Shown: positions 9,910 through 18,856 of the stretch, piece after piece | Layout of the letters: each line of letters begins with the position of its first letter | How positions within the stretch are numbered: position 1 is the stretch's first letter | NCBI GenBank assembly: GCA_964566185.1 | Contig: CAZMHS010000006.1 | Span: forward strand, 1-47,577 | DNA length: 47,577 bases | DNA from: an uncultured Alphaproteobacteria bacterium | Lineage (GTDB): Bacteria > Pseudomonadota > Alphaproteobacteria > UBA3830 > CAYLKK01 | Direction: 5' to 3' | The notes under the pieces: model-generated | Seen by the model: the letters and a program-made list of their open reading frames with translations, nothing else | The model's database searches: none | Told to the model about the DNA's origin: nothing | Position numbers and translations under genes: made by a program

Positions 9910-11312
9910 TCCTTAATACATAATTTTGTATATAGAATTACTTTGTGACCAAATAGTGATCCAAGTATAATAATACTTGATATGAATTCGATTAGACGCA
10001 ATTCTATTCGAGACATGTTAATTTCTTTTATATTAGCTGTGTCGTGGGAATAAAAAAATGTATCTTTAAATTTCTTAAAAATATGAAATATACAAAGAAA
10101 TTCTGAAAAAATTATTGCTATACAATGAATCGGATAAGTATTAAATGTATTTATTAGTATGCCAAATTCTCCGATGAAATTAGATGTGAAAGGGAAAGAT
10201 ATTCCAGACAAAAATATTGGCGCAGATAAAATACACAATTTTCGTACGTTCACATTATCTTTTTTATACTTTTTTATAATGTATTCGACAACGAATAGAC
10301 CACATGATGTAATACCATGACTTACCATTTGAAATACTGCACTTGATACGCCGTATACATTATTTGAAAATACGCCAATTAATATGACTCCAATGTGAGA
10401 AATCGACATATAAGCTATCATTCTTTTCAAACTTTCTTGAATACAAGCAGAATAACAGCCGTAGAGTACGTTAATCGCTGCAGCTGTACATACAATCATT
10501 CCATACATGTGATTCCAACTGCAAAAAACATTGCAGAAAAATATTAAAAAACCGTAACATCCAACTTTTAAAAATATACCAGATAAAATAATTGAAGCAG
10601 AAGTAGGGGACAATGTATGCGTATCTGGGAGCCAAATATGGAATGGAAATAATGCTGTTTTAAAAGCTAAGCCAACAAATATGGATATAAATAGTATTAT
10701 CTGTTGCTTATTCGAAAAGCTATAATTCGATATAGCTGAGAAATCAGCCGTACTTGTTACTGATAATATATATATAACCGGAAAAAGAAGAAATAACGAA
10801 CCAATAAGTAAGCATATAAAAAATTTTCGAGCTACAACAAAACCTCTTCCATTTATGCCTATTATCAAAAACATTGGAATCAGTATCGCTTCAAAACCAA
10901 TATAAAACACAACAATATTAGTTGTTGTAAATATTGCGATACAAATTGATTCTAAAAGCAATACTAATATTGAAAATATTTTTCTATTATATGTTATTTC
11001 ATCTATACTGACTAAAAAACTAGCTAATACTAAAGATGCTGTAAATGATGTTAAAAAAGCTGTTAATGTTGTAATAGAAAAATAATTATTAAATGAAGAC
11101 GTAATACCTGCTAAATATTTTGTGTTATGTAAATTAATTGGAACGTCTATACCAAAAATGATTAGTAGCGAACAGAAAAATACAAAGCAACTTATCCATA
11201 ACGCGACATACAACGAATTTTTTTTATTTGCTTGTTCTTCAATAACTAGTATCGTTAACGCTCCAATTAATGGTGCAAGTAACATAATAAGAAGAATGTT
11301 TGCTTGAATCAT
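9891..11312 (-). CDS. nuoM: complex I subunit M
   Basis: FYIGFEAILIPM, AFKTALFPFHIWLPDTH, FLKVG, KRMIAYMSISH, QMVSHG, FIGEF. Confidence 0.92.
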   Translation of the reverse strand: MIQANILLIMLLAPLIGALTILVIEEQANKKNSLYVALWISCFVFFCSLLIIFGIDVPINLHNTKYLAGITSSFNNYFSITTLTAFLTSFTASLVLASFLVSIDEITYNRKIFSILVLLLESICIAIFTTTNIVVFYIGFEAILIPMFLIIGINGRGFVVARKFFICLLIGSLFLLFPVIYILSVTSTADFSAISNYSFSNKQQIILFISIFVGLAFKTALFPFHIWLPDTHTLSPTSASIILSGIFLKVGCYGFLIFFCNVFCSWNHMYGMIVCTAAAINVLYGCYSACIQESLKRMIAYMSISHIGVILIGVFSNNVYGVSSAVFQMVSHGITSCGLFVVEYIIKKYKKDNVNVRKLCILSAPIFLSGISFPFTSNFIGEFGILINTFNTYPIHCIAIIFSEFLCIFHIFKKFKDTFFYSHDTANIKEINMSRIELRLIEFISSIIILGSLFGHKVILYTKLCIKDWIIFK

Positions 11313-13045
11313 AGCACACCTATTAAATTTAGTAATAATACTACAGTAAATAGACAGCCAATAATTAATCGATACGATTCTAAACGCATATTAGTTAATA
11401 GAAAATAACCTGATCTAACTAGCATGTAATACATTTTACGATAAGCTGTATTCTCTAGTGTATTTTCGGCTGCAAAAAAACGCTTTCTTAACTTGTCGAT
11501 ATATGTATTAAAGTCTATGTACAGTTCAATTGGCACAGCAATTTTTATACGTTTAAAATTTATATGTTTATAAGCTAGAATACATACGATGAACAGAAAT
11601 ATATCCATACAGTATTCTAATGTTGTATCTCTGATTAGTGGATTTAGTTTGCCGAAAACGAATACTCTAAAAATCAAGTTGGCTATTATGCACGCTACTA
11701 GCACGAATGTTAGTAGATTATTATTTTCGGAAATATATGCTGAAGAGCGTTCTGCGACTCTATGCTCTCCATGAAATACGTTAGCTATAATACGTATTAT
11801 GTATATCGATGTAATAAACGAGATACAATATACGAAAATATTAACTAGTATGTTTGATTTGTGAAATGCTGAGTGTGAAATTATATTTGGAACTACGCCA
11901 ATAAACATTAATGAAGCAATAACTGTTAGTATGTAAGTTTTTGGTAAATTTATAATGAGTCCTCCCATATTACGAATATCCTGTTCATGAGATAACGCGT
12001 AGCTTATATTTCCAATGCAAATAAATAACGCGAATTTTGAAAATGCGTGTACTGAAAAATAGATGATAGCATGTTCAATACTACCGAGCATGCATATAGC
12101 TAACAATAAACCAATTTTACTACTTGTTGAATAAGCTAAAATCTTTTTTAAATTATATTCTTTTAACGCTAACAATGCTGAATAAAAGCTAGAAAATAGG
12201 AAATAGAACGTAGAGATATAAATTATAGAAGTGCTTATACTTAAAACACTCAACAATCTGCAAATAATAAACATTCCTGATGATACAAGCGTCGCTGCAT
12301 GTAAAAATGCTGACGCTGGAGTAGGGGCTACCATCGCATCTTGTAGCCACCACGTAAATCCAATTTGAGACGATTTTATCGCTACAGAAACTAGAATCAT
12401 CAAAAAGACTATATCATGGCCATTTATACCATAAATTGAAAAACTATTTATTCTTTGAAGATCAAATGAACCGCAATAATATTCAACTAAGAACGCTGCA
12501 CAAATGAAAAATATATCACCAAATTTTTGTATTGTAAAAACTTTAAATGCTATATTTTTTACATCATTGATTGATTTGTAGTAATAATTTATAAGAAGAT
12601 ATGAAAAAAATGTTATGAGCTCAAGCCCAATATAAATCTGCATTAAATTGTCTGAAGCTATCAATATTACCATTGATGCGGCGAAGCCGTTACTGTAAGC
12701 AATAAAGTCTTTACACGATTTTAAATATTTTACAGAATATAAACATGATAAAAAGCATAAAACAGACACACAAAATACGCCGATCATTGATAATGCATCA
12801 TATTTAAATCCTAATTCAATGTTATACATTTTCGTCCGAATAAGATTCATTAGGCAGTGATATTTACCAGACAAAGGATCTATTAGTTGTAAATTTTGAA
12901 GTGATATAACAGAAACTACAGCTGCAATAAATGTAAAACACAACGAGACGTAAATAAAAAAACGCATTCGTCCAAACAACGAGAATCTAGTTAGTATTGC
13001 GCTTAGTATCAACAGAATAAACGAAATTTCGATAGAATTATTCAT
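11309..13045 (-). CDS. nuoL: complex I subunit L
   Basis: KSSQ..WLQDAMVAPTPASAFLHAATLV, KKILAYST, HAFSK, EQDIRNMGGL. Confidence 0.92.
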   Translation of the reverse strand: MNNSIEISFILLILSAILTRFSLFGRMRFFIYVSLCFTFIAAVVSVISLQNLQLIDPLSGKYHCLMNLIRTKMYNIELGFKYDALSMIGVFCVSVLCFLSCLYSVKYLKSCKDFIAYSNGFAASMVILIASDNLMQIYIGLELITFFSYLLINYYYKSINDVKNIAFKVFTIQKFGDIFFICAAFLVEYYCGSFDLQRINSFSIYGINGHDIVFLMILVSVAIKSSQIGFTWWLQDAMVAPTPASAFLHAATLVSSGMFIICRLLSVLSISTSIIYISTFYFLFSSFYSALLALKEYNLKKILAYSTSSKIGLLLAICMLGSIEHAIIYFSVHAFSKFALFICIGNISYALSHEQDIRNMGGLIINLPKTYILTVIASLMFIGVVPNIISHSAFHKSNILVNIFVYCISFITSIYIIRIIANVFHGEHRVAERSSAYISENNNLLTFVLVACIIANLIFRVFVFGKLNPLIRDTTLEYCMDIFLFIVCILAYKHINFKRIKIAVPIELYIDFNTYIDKLRKRFFAAENTLENTAYRKMYYMLVRSGYFLLTNMRLESYRLIIGCLFTVVLLLNLIGVL

Positions 13046-13316
13046 TTTTACTATTGCTTGTTATAAATAAAAAAATAGCAACATCAACAACAGATACTGT
13101 CATTAGCAAAATTGAAAAAAAACAAAATTTTTCGTCGAATGTATATTTCGCAACTAGGGCAAATACAAATACAGCAGATAAGAATATTAGTTCGATTGAT
13201 ATGATGAATTTTACAATACTTCTTCTGTGCACTATTGTACCAAAACAGCCTATTAGAAACAGCAAAATTGGCACAATAGTTTCGAATTTACTCACCTTTT
13301 TTATGCTCCTCATCAT
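13038..13316 (-). CDS. nuoK: complex I subunit K (start uncertain)
   Basis: About 90 aa with 3 TM; LFLIGCFG, SIELIF; second acidic position is Asp (SVVDVA); lies between J and L. Confidence 0.82.
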   Translation of the reverse strand: MMRSIKKVSKFETIVPILLFLIGCFGTIVHRRSIVKFIISIELIFLSAVFVFALVAKYTFDEKFCFFSILLMTVSVVDVAIFLFITSNSKNE

Positions 13317-13788
13317 CTAATAAGCGCACTGTATTCTTCTCTCTTTTCTTTTTGATTTTCGAATCATGTTTTGAAGATGCGACTACGGAAAAAACAACAG
13401 TGATAATAAGTAAAACGATTATAATATTTACCTTATTTTCGTAAGTATCGAAGTTGTAAGTTACAGTTTGAGTTTCAAAATCGCTTAACAACAATGTATA
13501 GCCTAATGACGTGGCAATAAATAACCCAAACGCAAAAATTAATATTTTTTTTACGATACATTTATCTTCAGGTAATACTTTTCGTAGTACAAAAAATAGC
13601 ACAATGAATAAACCAGCATATATTAATATGCTTGCAGATGATAGAAAAAGTAGACCGTAGTACGCAAATATCGCAGCTGCTGCTAATACGCTTAAAGAAG
13701 ACAGAAAGATACAGATCAACGTGCTGCCAACAAGCATAGCAGTCATAAAGCCACACATTATAAACAACAATAAAAAAAACGTTATCAT
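13288..13788 (-). CDS. nuoJ: complex I subunit J, divergent
   Basis: Five hydrophobic segments, ILIYAGLFIVLFF (cf. VYxGAIxVLF); lies between I and K. Confidence 0.78.
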   Translation of the reverse strand: MITFFLLLFIMCGFMTAMLVGSTLICIFLSSLSVLAAAAIFAYYGLLFLSSASILIYAGLFIVLFFVLRKVLPEDKCIVKKILIFAFGLFIATSLGYTLLLSDFETQTVTYNFDTYENKVNIIIVLLIITVVFSVVASSKHDSKIKKKREKNTVRLLDDEEHKKGE

Positions 13789-14126
13789 TTGTTTCCATCC
13801 AAATATTGTATGAGCATTTTTTTATTCAATGCGCAACGTGCATCATGCTTTGACATTTGTAACGCACGTGTAGGACATGCATGTACGCATCTTCCACAAA
13901 AACAACATGAAGAATAATCAATTTGAAATTTATTCTCAACATTGATACATCCATTTATGCATGCCTTTTCGCATGTTTTACACTTTACGCATAATTTCGT
14001 GTTTAGCACATGCTTTCCCCTAAATATGTCACTTCGATTATTTTTTTCTTTCGGAAAATGTATAGTTACTTTTTTCCTAAACAAGTATTTCAGAACAGTT
14101 ATATATCCAGAGATGAAGCTAAACAT
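13785..14126 (-). CDS. nuoI: complex I subunit I (2x[4Fe-4S]), short
   Basis: VTIHFPKEK, FRGKH, CVKCKTCEKAC and CCFCGRCVHACP; 113 aa. Confidence 0.9.
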   Translation of the reverse strand: MFSFISGYITVLKYLFRKKVTIHFPKEKNNRSDIFRGKHVLNTKLCVKCKTCEKACINGCINVENKFQIDYSSCCFCGRCVHACPTRALQMSKHDARCALNKKMLIQYLDGNK

Positions 14127-15054
14127 ATTCCTTTACAAAATATAACGCATATGCACTTATAACTAAAATTGGAATGTAATATTTCCAGAACAATACCATT
14201 ATATCATAAAATCTATATCTAGGTAAAACAGCTCTTGTGATAATAATAAAGCATACAATAAACATAGTTTTACAAATGCACTGAACTACACCATATAAGT
14301 CGTTTTCCCAACCACCAAGAAACATTATTGATATAAGTAAACTTGATATGAAAATATTTGTATATTCTGTAATGTAAAACACGCAGAATAAAACGCCTGA
14401 ATACTCTGTATGATATCCTGCTATTAACTCTTGCTCTGCTTCTAGTGTATCGAATGGAGTTCTATTGCTTTCAGCAAGAGCTACGGCGAGAAAAATTATA
14501 AATACGTGGCACAACGGAACAATGTTCCAAATATTTGATTGCGATTTCATAATACATTGAAAATCGAAGCCGTCTGATAGAACACCTATATTTAGTAAAC
14601 ATAATACTAGACAGAGCTCATATGACATAACTTGGACTATAGCTCTACGGGCACCATATATTGCGTATTGCGATTTTAAAATTACGCCAGGAAGGCATTC
14701 TCCTAGTGATGCTATCATCGATAATGCTGCAACAAAAATTATTGAATAATTGCAATTTATTATTGCTCCAAAAATAGGAAATGGAATGAATAATATAATT
14801 AATAACGTGAAAGTTATAGAAATAAAAGCAGGAACGCAAAATAATAGCTTACTGGTTCCGTCAGGCCATATTATTTGTTTGCATAATAACTTTATACAAT
14901 CTGCTAATGGTTGTAATACGCCGAATGGTCCTACTATAGAAGGTCCTTTTCTAAGCTGTAATGCTGCTAAAATTTTTCGTTCAATATACGTTATTATCGC
15001 AACTATACACATTACGACTACGAGTAAAACTATTGTTTGTATTAGTATGCTCAT
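14119..15054 (-). CDS. nuoH: complex I subunit H
   Basis: ERKILA, GPSIVGPFGVLQPLAD, AESNRTPFD..EAEQELIAGYHTEYSG, PRYRF. Confidence 0.95.
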   Translation of the reverse strand: MSILIQTIVLLVVVMCIVAIITYIERKILAALQLRKGPSIVGPFGVLQPLADCIKLLCKQIIWPDGTSKLLFCVPAFISITFTLLIILFIPFPIFGAIINCNYSIIFVAALSMIASLGECLPGVILKSQYAIYGARRAIVQVMSYELCLVLCLLNIGVLSDGFDFQCIMKSQSNIWNIVPLCHVFIIFLAVALAESNRTPFDTLEAEQELIAGYHTEYSGVLFCVFYITEYTNIFISSLLISIMFLGGWENDLYGVVQCICKTMFIVCFIIITRAVLPRYRFYDIMVLFWKYYIPILVISAYALYFVKEYV

Positions 15055-15632
15055 TCATCTACCATTAAAGCTGAAGTTGGGCATAATTCAACTAATTTTA
15101 GCGGATCACACTTTTTTGTGACTTGTATATCATTTTGTATAAACAATGAAGGATTTATTACATTCGAAGATGATATAGTCTTTATACATTTTCCGCATGA
15201 AATACACTTAGATTTATCATAGATTAATGCATTTAAAAACTTGGTGTTTGATTTTTCTTGTTTGATAACCATATCATTACTTGATTCGATATTGTAAGAT
15301 GTTACGGTTTGCAAAAAATTGCAAGAAATCGACTTTTTACACACGTGACATTCGAAATTATGCTCTTTGATAAGTAATTTTAAAATACACTCTCTAGCAT
15401 GTGTAACGCGCGATGAATTTGTATATATTTCCATACCGTTTTCTAGATATGTCTCACAAGCTAGCTGTAATGTCCCATTGATTTCTACAGTACAAATTCT
15501 GCAACGTCCATGATTGTCTGCTTTTTTATCGTAACATAGTGTAGGTATATGTATACCAACAGCACTACATGCTGCTAGTACAGTGAGCTTTCCTTCAAAA
15601 GTATATTCGATATTGTTAATCTTAACTAACAT
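15051..15632 (-). CDS. nuoG: truncated NuoG: N-terminal Fe-S module only (~193 aa)
   Basis: Likely ATG at 15632 (MLVKINN). N1b IPTLC..CRIC..AC, N5 HNFECHVC..C, N4 CISCGKC..LVELCPTSAL, then stop; no C-terminal molybdopterin-like domain. Confidence 0.85.
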   Translation of the reverse strand: MLVKINNIEYTFEGKLTVLAACSAVGIHIPTLCYDKKADNHGRCRICTVEINGTLQLACETYLENGMEIYTNSSRVTHARECILKLLIKEHNFECHVCKKSISCNFLQTVTSYNIESSNDMVIKQEKSNTKFLNALIYDKSKCISCGKCIKTISSSNVINPSLFIQNDIQVTKKCDPLKLVELCPTSALMVDE

Positions 15633-16711
15633 TGCAGCGCCTCTACGTAATTTGTTAGCATGTCTAATATTGAATTCATTAATGAACACCTAGAAAATCC
15701 TCTTACTGATGTCGCAATTTCTTCAAGCTTACTCGCATCACAACTATTTTGTTCCAAATCAACATTAGACATTTTGCATATAATCCTACATGTTGAACAT
15801 TGGCCACATGAGGAACGACATAAAAAGGCAATCATTTTCCTGATATGTTGTAGCAATGATTCCTTGTTTGTAAAAACAAAAATATTTCCTGTTCCTAAAT
15901 GCGATCCTGCATTTGCAAACGATTCGTAGTCTAAATTAATTGTTAGGCATTCTTTGATCATTCGCGAAAAGCCAGGAATAGCAATGCATAAATCGCCATT
16001 TTTTAAACCACACGCATAATCATTTATAGCCTTTTTTAAAGGGATACCAAAACTTTCCTCAAATACACATTCATTGTTTACATCACCAGAGATACAAAAT
16101 ATTTTTGTTCCTCTACTCGTTCTAGTTCCAATAATATTAAAATTAGTATCTCCATGCCTAGCAATATACGATATATTTGCAAATGTTTCAGCATTATGTA
16201 CAAGCGTTGGACATCCATACAATCCGTATGTAACAGGATACGGCGGGCGTAGGCGAGGATATGCGAATCCTGTTTCTAACAATTCTATTAGGGCACTTTC
16301 TTCTCCAGCGATATAATCATCGCTTGTAATGTGTATACCAATGTTATGTAATTCTGCTACGCGGCATATATCTGACTCTTCTGCTATTGAATCTTTTATC
16401 GCCAAAATAACATCAGTTGCATTTGTAACAAACCTAGTAATTAGTGCACCATCGATAACAGCACGTGCATTATGTCGGACAAGATAAGCGTCCTTTCTAC
16501 AACCGGGTTCGCCTTCATGCAAATTTATGATTACGTACTTTTTTGGTCCTGTTGATGCAATAAATGGTTCCCATTTTTTGTAAACCGGAAATGCTGCTCC
16601 TCCACGACCAATTAGGTTTGATGATTTTATACTGTTTAATATACAACTTTTATCAAAATTTTCTTGGCTCAAAATATTATTAACATCATGAGTAAGTATT
16701 GAGTAGCTCAT
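15626..16711 (-). CDS. nuoF: complex I flavoprotein subunit F, shortened and divergent
   Basis: GRGGAAFP, EGEPG, YIAGEESAL, PRLRPPYP..GLYGCPT..NAET, SCGQCSTC..C (N3); 361 aa. Confidence 0.9.
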   Translation of the reverse strand: MSYSILTHDVNNILSQENFDKSCILNSIKSSNLIGRGGAAFPVYKKWEPFIASTGPKKYVIINLHEGEPGCRKDAYLVRHNARAVIDGALITRFVTNATDVILAIKDSIAEESDICRVAELHNIGIHITSDDYIAGEESALIELLETGFAYPRLRPPYPVTYGLYGCPTLVHNAETFANISYIARHGDTNFNIIGTRTSRGTKIFCISGDVNNECVFEESFGIPLKKAINDYACGLKNGDLCIAIPGFSRMIKECLTINLDYESFANAGSHLGTGNIFVFTNKESLLQHIRKMIAFLCRSSCGQCSTCRIICKMSNVDLEQNSCDASKLEEIATSVRGFSRCSLMNSILDMLTNYVEALQC

Positions 16712-17847
16712 CGATCTACTTCTCCTAAAACAATATCAAGCGAAGCCAATACAACAGGCAAATCGGCGATCTTGTTGACTATTTTATTTAGTAGTGTTAA
16801 AACAGGAAAACATGCCGATCGGATATGACATCTATATGGCTTATTTGAGCCATCAGATACTAGCAAAATGCCTAGTTCTCCTTTCGGTGCTTCCGTCGCA
16901 CGATAAATCATTCCTTTTGGCACATCGAAGCCATTAAGGTAATGCTTTATATGATATGCTATATCTCCGTGTTTCATGTTTTGTGGAGGAGAGAATCGTT
17001 TATCGCCTGTTATTACAGGGCCTGATGGCATCATATCTATGCACTGTTCAATGATAGATAAACTTTCTAACATTTCATATATTTTTACGGTGTATCTATC
17101 ATAACAATCTCCATTTGTTCCAACAGGAATTTTAAAGTTAATATTTTTGTATATGTCATATGGCGACTTTTTCCTTAAGTCCCAATTCACTCCTGATGCT
17201 CTTAGTATGCTTCCTGTAATACCATGTTCGATTGCATCCTTTGCAGAAATGACGCCAACAAATTTTGTACGATTCACAAAAATCTGATTGTTGCTAATAA
17301 CATCACATATATCGTTGATCAGCGTTTTTAGACTAGATATCGTGGAAATTATATCTAAGAATGTCTCCTTGTTTATATCGTTTGCAACACCACCTATTCG
17401 GAAATAATTCATATGCATTCTTGCGCCGCATATACGTTCAAAGATCCACATGATTTTTTCTCTTCCTTCCATTGCCCAAACGAACGGAGATAAAGCACCT
17501 GTGTCGTAAGTCAGCATGTTTACATGGATTAAATGGCTAGCTATTCTTGATAGCTCTGAGACCAAAACTCTGATATATTGAGCGCGTATCGGTACCTCTA
17601 ATCCAATCAATTTTTCTACAGCTAACACGTAACTATATTCCTGGGATGCGGCAGATACGTAATCAAGTCGATCAATATATGGAATAATTTCAGCGTATTT
17701 TTTAGATTCTACTATTTTTTCTATACCGCGATGCATGTAGCCAATATCAGGCGTAATAGAGATAATATCTTCTCCTTCTACGTCAAGAATAAGCCTAAGC
17801 GCTCCGTGAACAGCTGGGTGTGCAGGTCCGTAATTTAATCTACTCAT
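16708..17847 (-). CDS. nuoD: complex I subunit D
   Basis: GPAHPAVHGALRL, GYMHRGIEK, RLDY, ELSRIASH, GARMH, EAPKGE, GEVDR; no NiFe CxxC motifs. Confidence 0.96.
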   Translation of the reverse strand: MSRLNYGPAHPAVHGALRLILDVEGEDIISITPDIGYMHRGIEKIVESKKYAEIIPYIDRLDYVSAASQEYSYVLAVEKLIGLEVPIRAQYIRVLVSELSRIASHLIHVNMLTYDTGALSPFVWAMEGREKIMWIFERICGARMHMNYFRIGGVANDINKETFLDIISTISSLKTLINDICDVISNNQIFVNRTKFVGVISAKDAIEHGITGSILRASGVNWDLRKKSPYDIYKNINFKIPVGTNGDCYDRYTVKIYEMLESLSIIEQCIDMMPSGPVITGDKRFSPPQNMKHGDIAYHIKHYLNGFDVPKGMIYRATEAPKGELGILLVSDGSNKPYRCHIRSACFPVLTLLNKIVNKIADLPVVLASLDIVLGEVDR

Positions 17848-18238
17848 GCCGCTTTCTCAAAATATGTTCGCCAGAATATGTGAATATATTATGTATATCT
17901 GCGTGTCCTATAAAAGATATACCAAACATTTCATATATTTCACATTCGTACAAATATGCGTTTTGAAATATATTAGTAATCGTTTTTATAGAACCATCGC
18001 ATTTTGATTTTATGAGCGTTATGCTATTTGTTTCAATACTTCTTAATACATACGTTACATAAAAGTTTCCATCAGCTGTATCGATCGCACTCATGTCTGT
18101 CAGTTGAGCAAAACCATATTTAAGCTTAAGCATACAGATTACGGACTGTATGTATTTGCATGGAATGGATAACCAACCATCATCGTTGTGTACGTTAAAT
18201 TGTTTAAGACGGACAGCTAAAGATTCTGCTTCTGGCAT
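17840..18238 (-). CDS. nuoC: complex I subunit C, short and divergent (~132 aa)
   Basis: Likely ATG at 18238; [24 protein letters not shown] (cf. ERE..DMFGI.F.GH), HILRK. Confidence 0.85.
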   Translation of the reverse strand: MPEAESLAVRLKQFNVHNDDGWLSIPCKYIQSVICMLKLKYGFAQLTDMSAIDTADGNFYVTYVLRSIETNSITLIKSKCDGSIKTITNIFQNAYLYECEIYEMFGISFIGHADIHNIFTYSGEHILRKRHE

Positions 18239-18672
18239 TTTTTTTCTTTCAATACAGCGATCGCATCTAGTAAAGCTTCCGGTGTAGGCGGACAACCAGG
18301 CAGATAAACGTCGACAGGAATAATATTGTCGCATCCATTTAAAACGCTAGGATATCCTTTAAAAATGCCTCCACTAATTGCACATGTACCCATGGCTATT
18401 ACGAACTTAGGACAAGGCATTTGTTCATAAACTTCAAGCAGCATCGGAGCCATTTTCTTTGTAACTGTACCTGAAACAATAAGCAAATCAGCTTGCCGAG
18501 GACTTGCTCTAAATACAGAACCGTACATATCTAGATCATAACGAGGCGCAGCTGTCTGCATCATTTCAATTGCACAGCAGGACAGGCCAAAAGACATAGG
18601 CCACATAGAACCACGCTGTGCCCATTTCTCTAATTCATCTAATTTGGAAATTGCATAACTAAAACAGCTCAT
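18217..18672 (-). CDS. nuoB: complex I subunit B (N2 cluster)
   Basis: [31 protein letters not shown]; likely ATG at 18672. Confidence 0.96.
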   Translation of the reverse strand: MSCFSYAISKLDELEKWAQRGSMWPMSFGLSCCAIEMMQTAAPRYDLDMYGSVFRASPRQADLLIVSGTVTKKMAPMLLEVYEQMPCPKFVIAMGTCAISGGIFKGYPSVLNGCDNIIPVDVYLPGCPPTPEALLDAIAVLKEKKCQKQNL

Positions 18673-18699
18673 CGACGGCAACGAACCACAAACGCCGAC

Positions 18700-18729
18700 A
18701 TTCTACCACATCGAGCTGATAAATAGCAA
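18700..18729 (-). promoter_or_regulatory. sigma70-type promoter of the nuo operon
   Basis: Minus strand TTGCTA-18 nt-TAGAAT with TGG extension, about 28 nt upstream of the nuoB ATG. Confidence 0.6.
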
Positions 18730-18802
18730 GTATCGAGAAGTTCTCGATGTTACATGACGATTGTGGTGGTAATACAGAGAAAGTTTATAATTCAGAAGAA
18801 AA

Positions 18803-18832
18803 TTGACTATCGACCGTAATTTATGATACCAT
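18803..18832 (+). promoter_or_regulatory. sigma70-type promoter of the MATE gene
   Basis: TTGACT-18 nt-TACCAT with TG extension; same hexamers as the tRNA-Val promoter. Confidence 0.6.
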
Positions 18833-18856
18833 AATGGCGTATTTTTCATTACACGA

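Noticed and set aside
15051-15689. nuoG as a pseudogene, and the 15689 start
   Set aside because: No remnant of the missing domain, all cluster ligands are intact and the stop is coupled to nuoH. The first 19 codons lie inside nuoF, so 15632 is preferred.
16708-18681. NuoD/NuoB as a group 4 [NiFe]-hydrogenase (Ech/Hyc-like)
   Set aside because: The large subunit has no N- or C-terminal CxxC nickel ligands and has the complex I HPxxHG, RLDY and GEVDR motifs.
18682-18856. A hidden or degraded nuoA upstream of nuoB
   Set aside because: Only ~175 nt, occupied by two divergent promoters and a palindrome; no ORF of suitable size or hydrophobicity.
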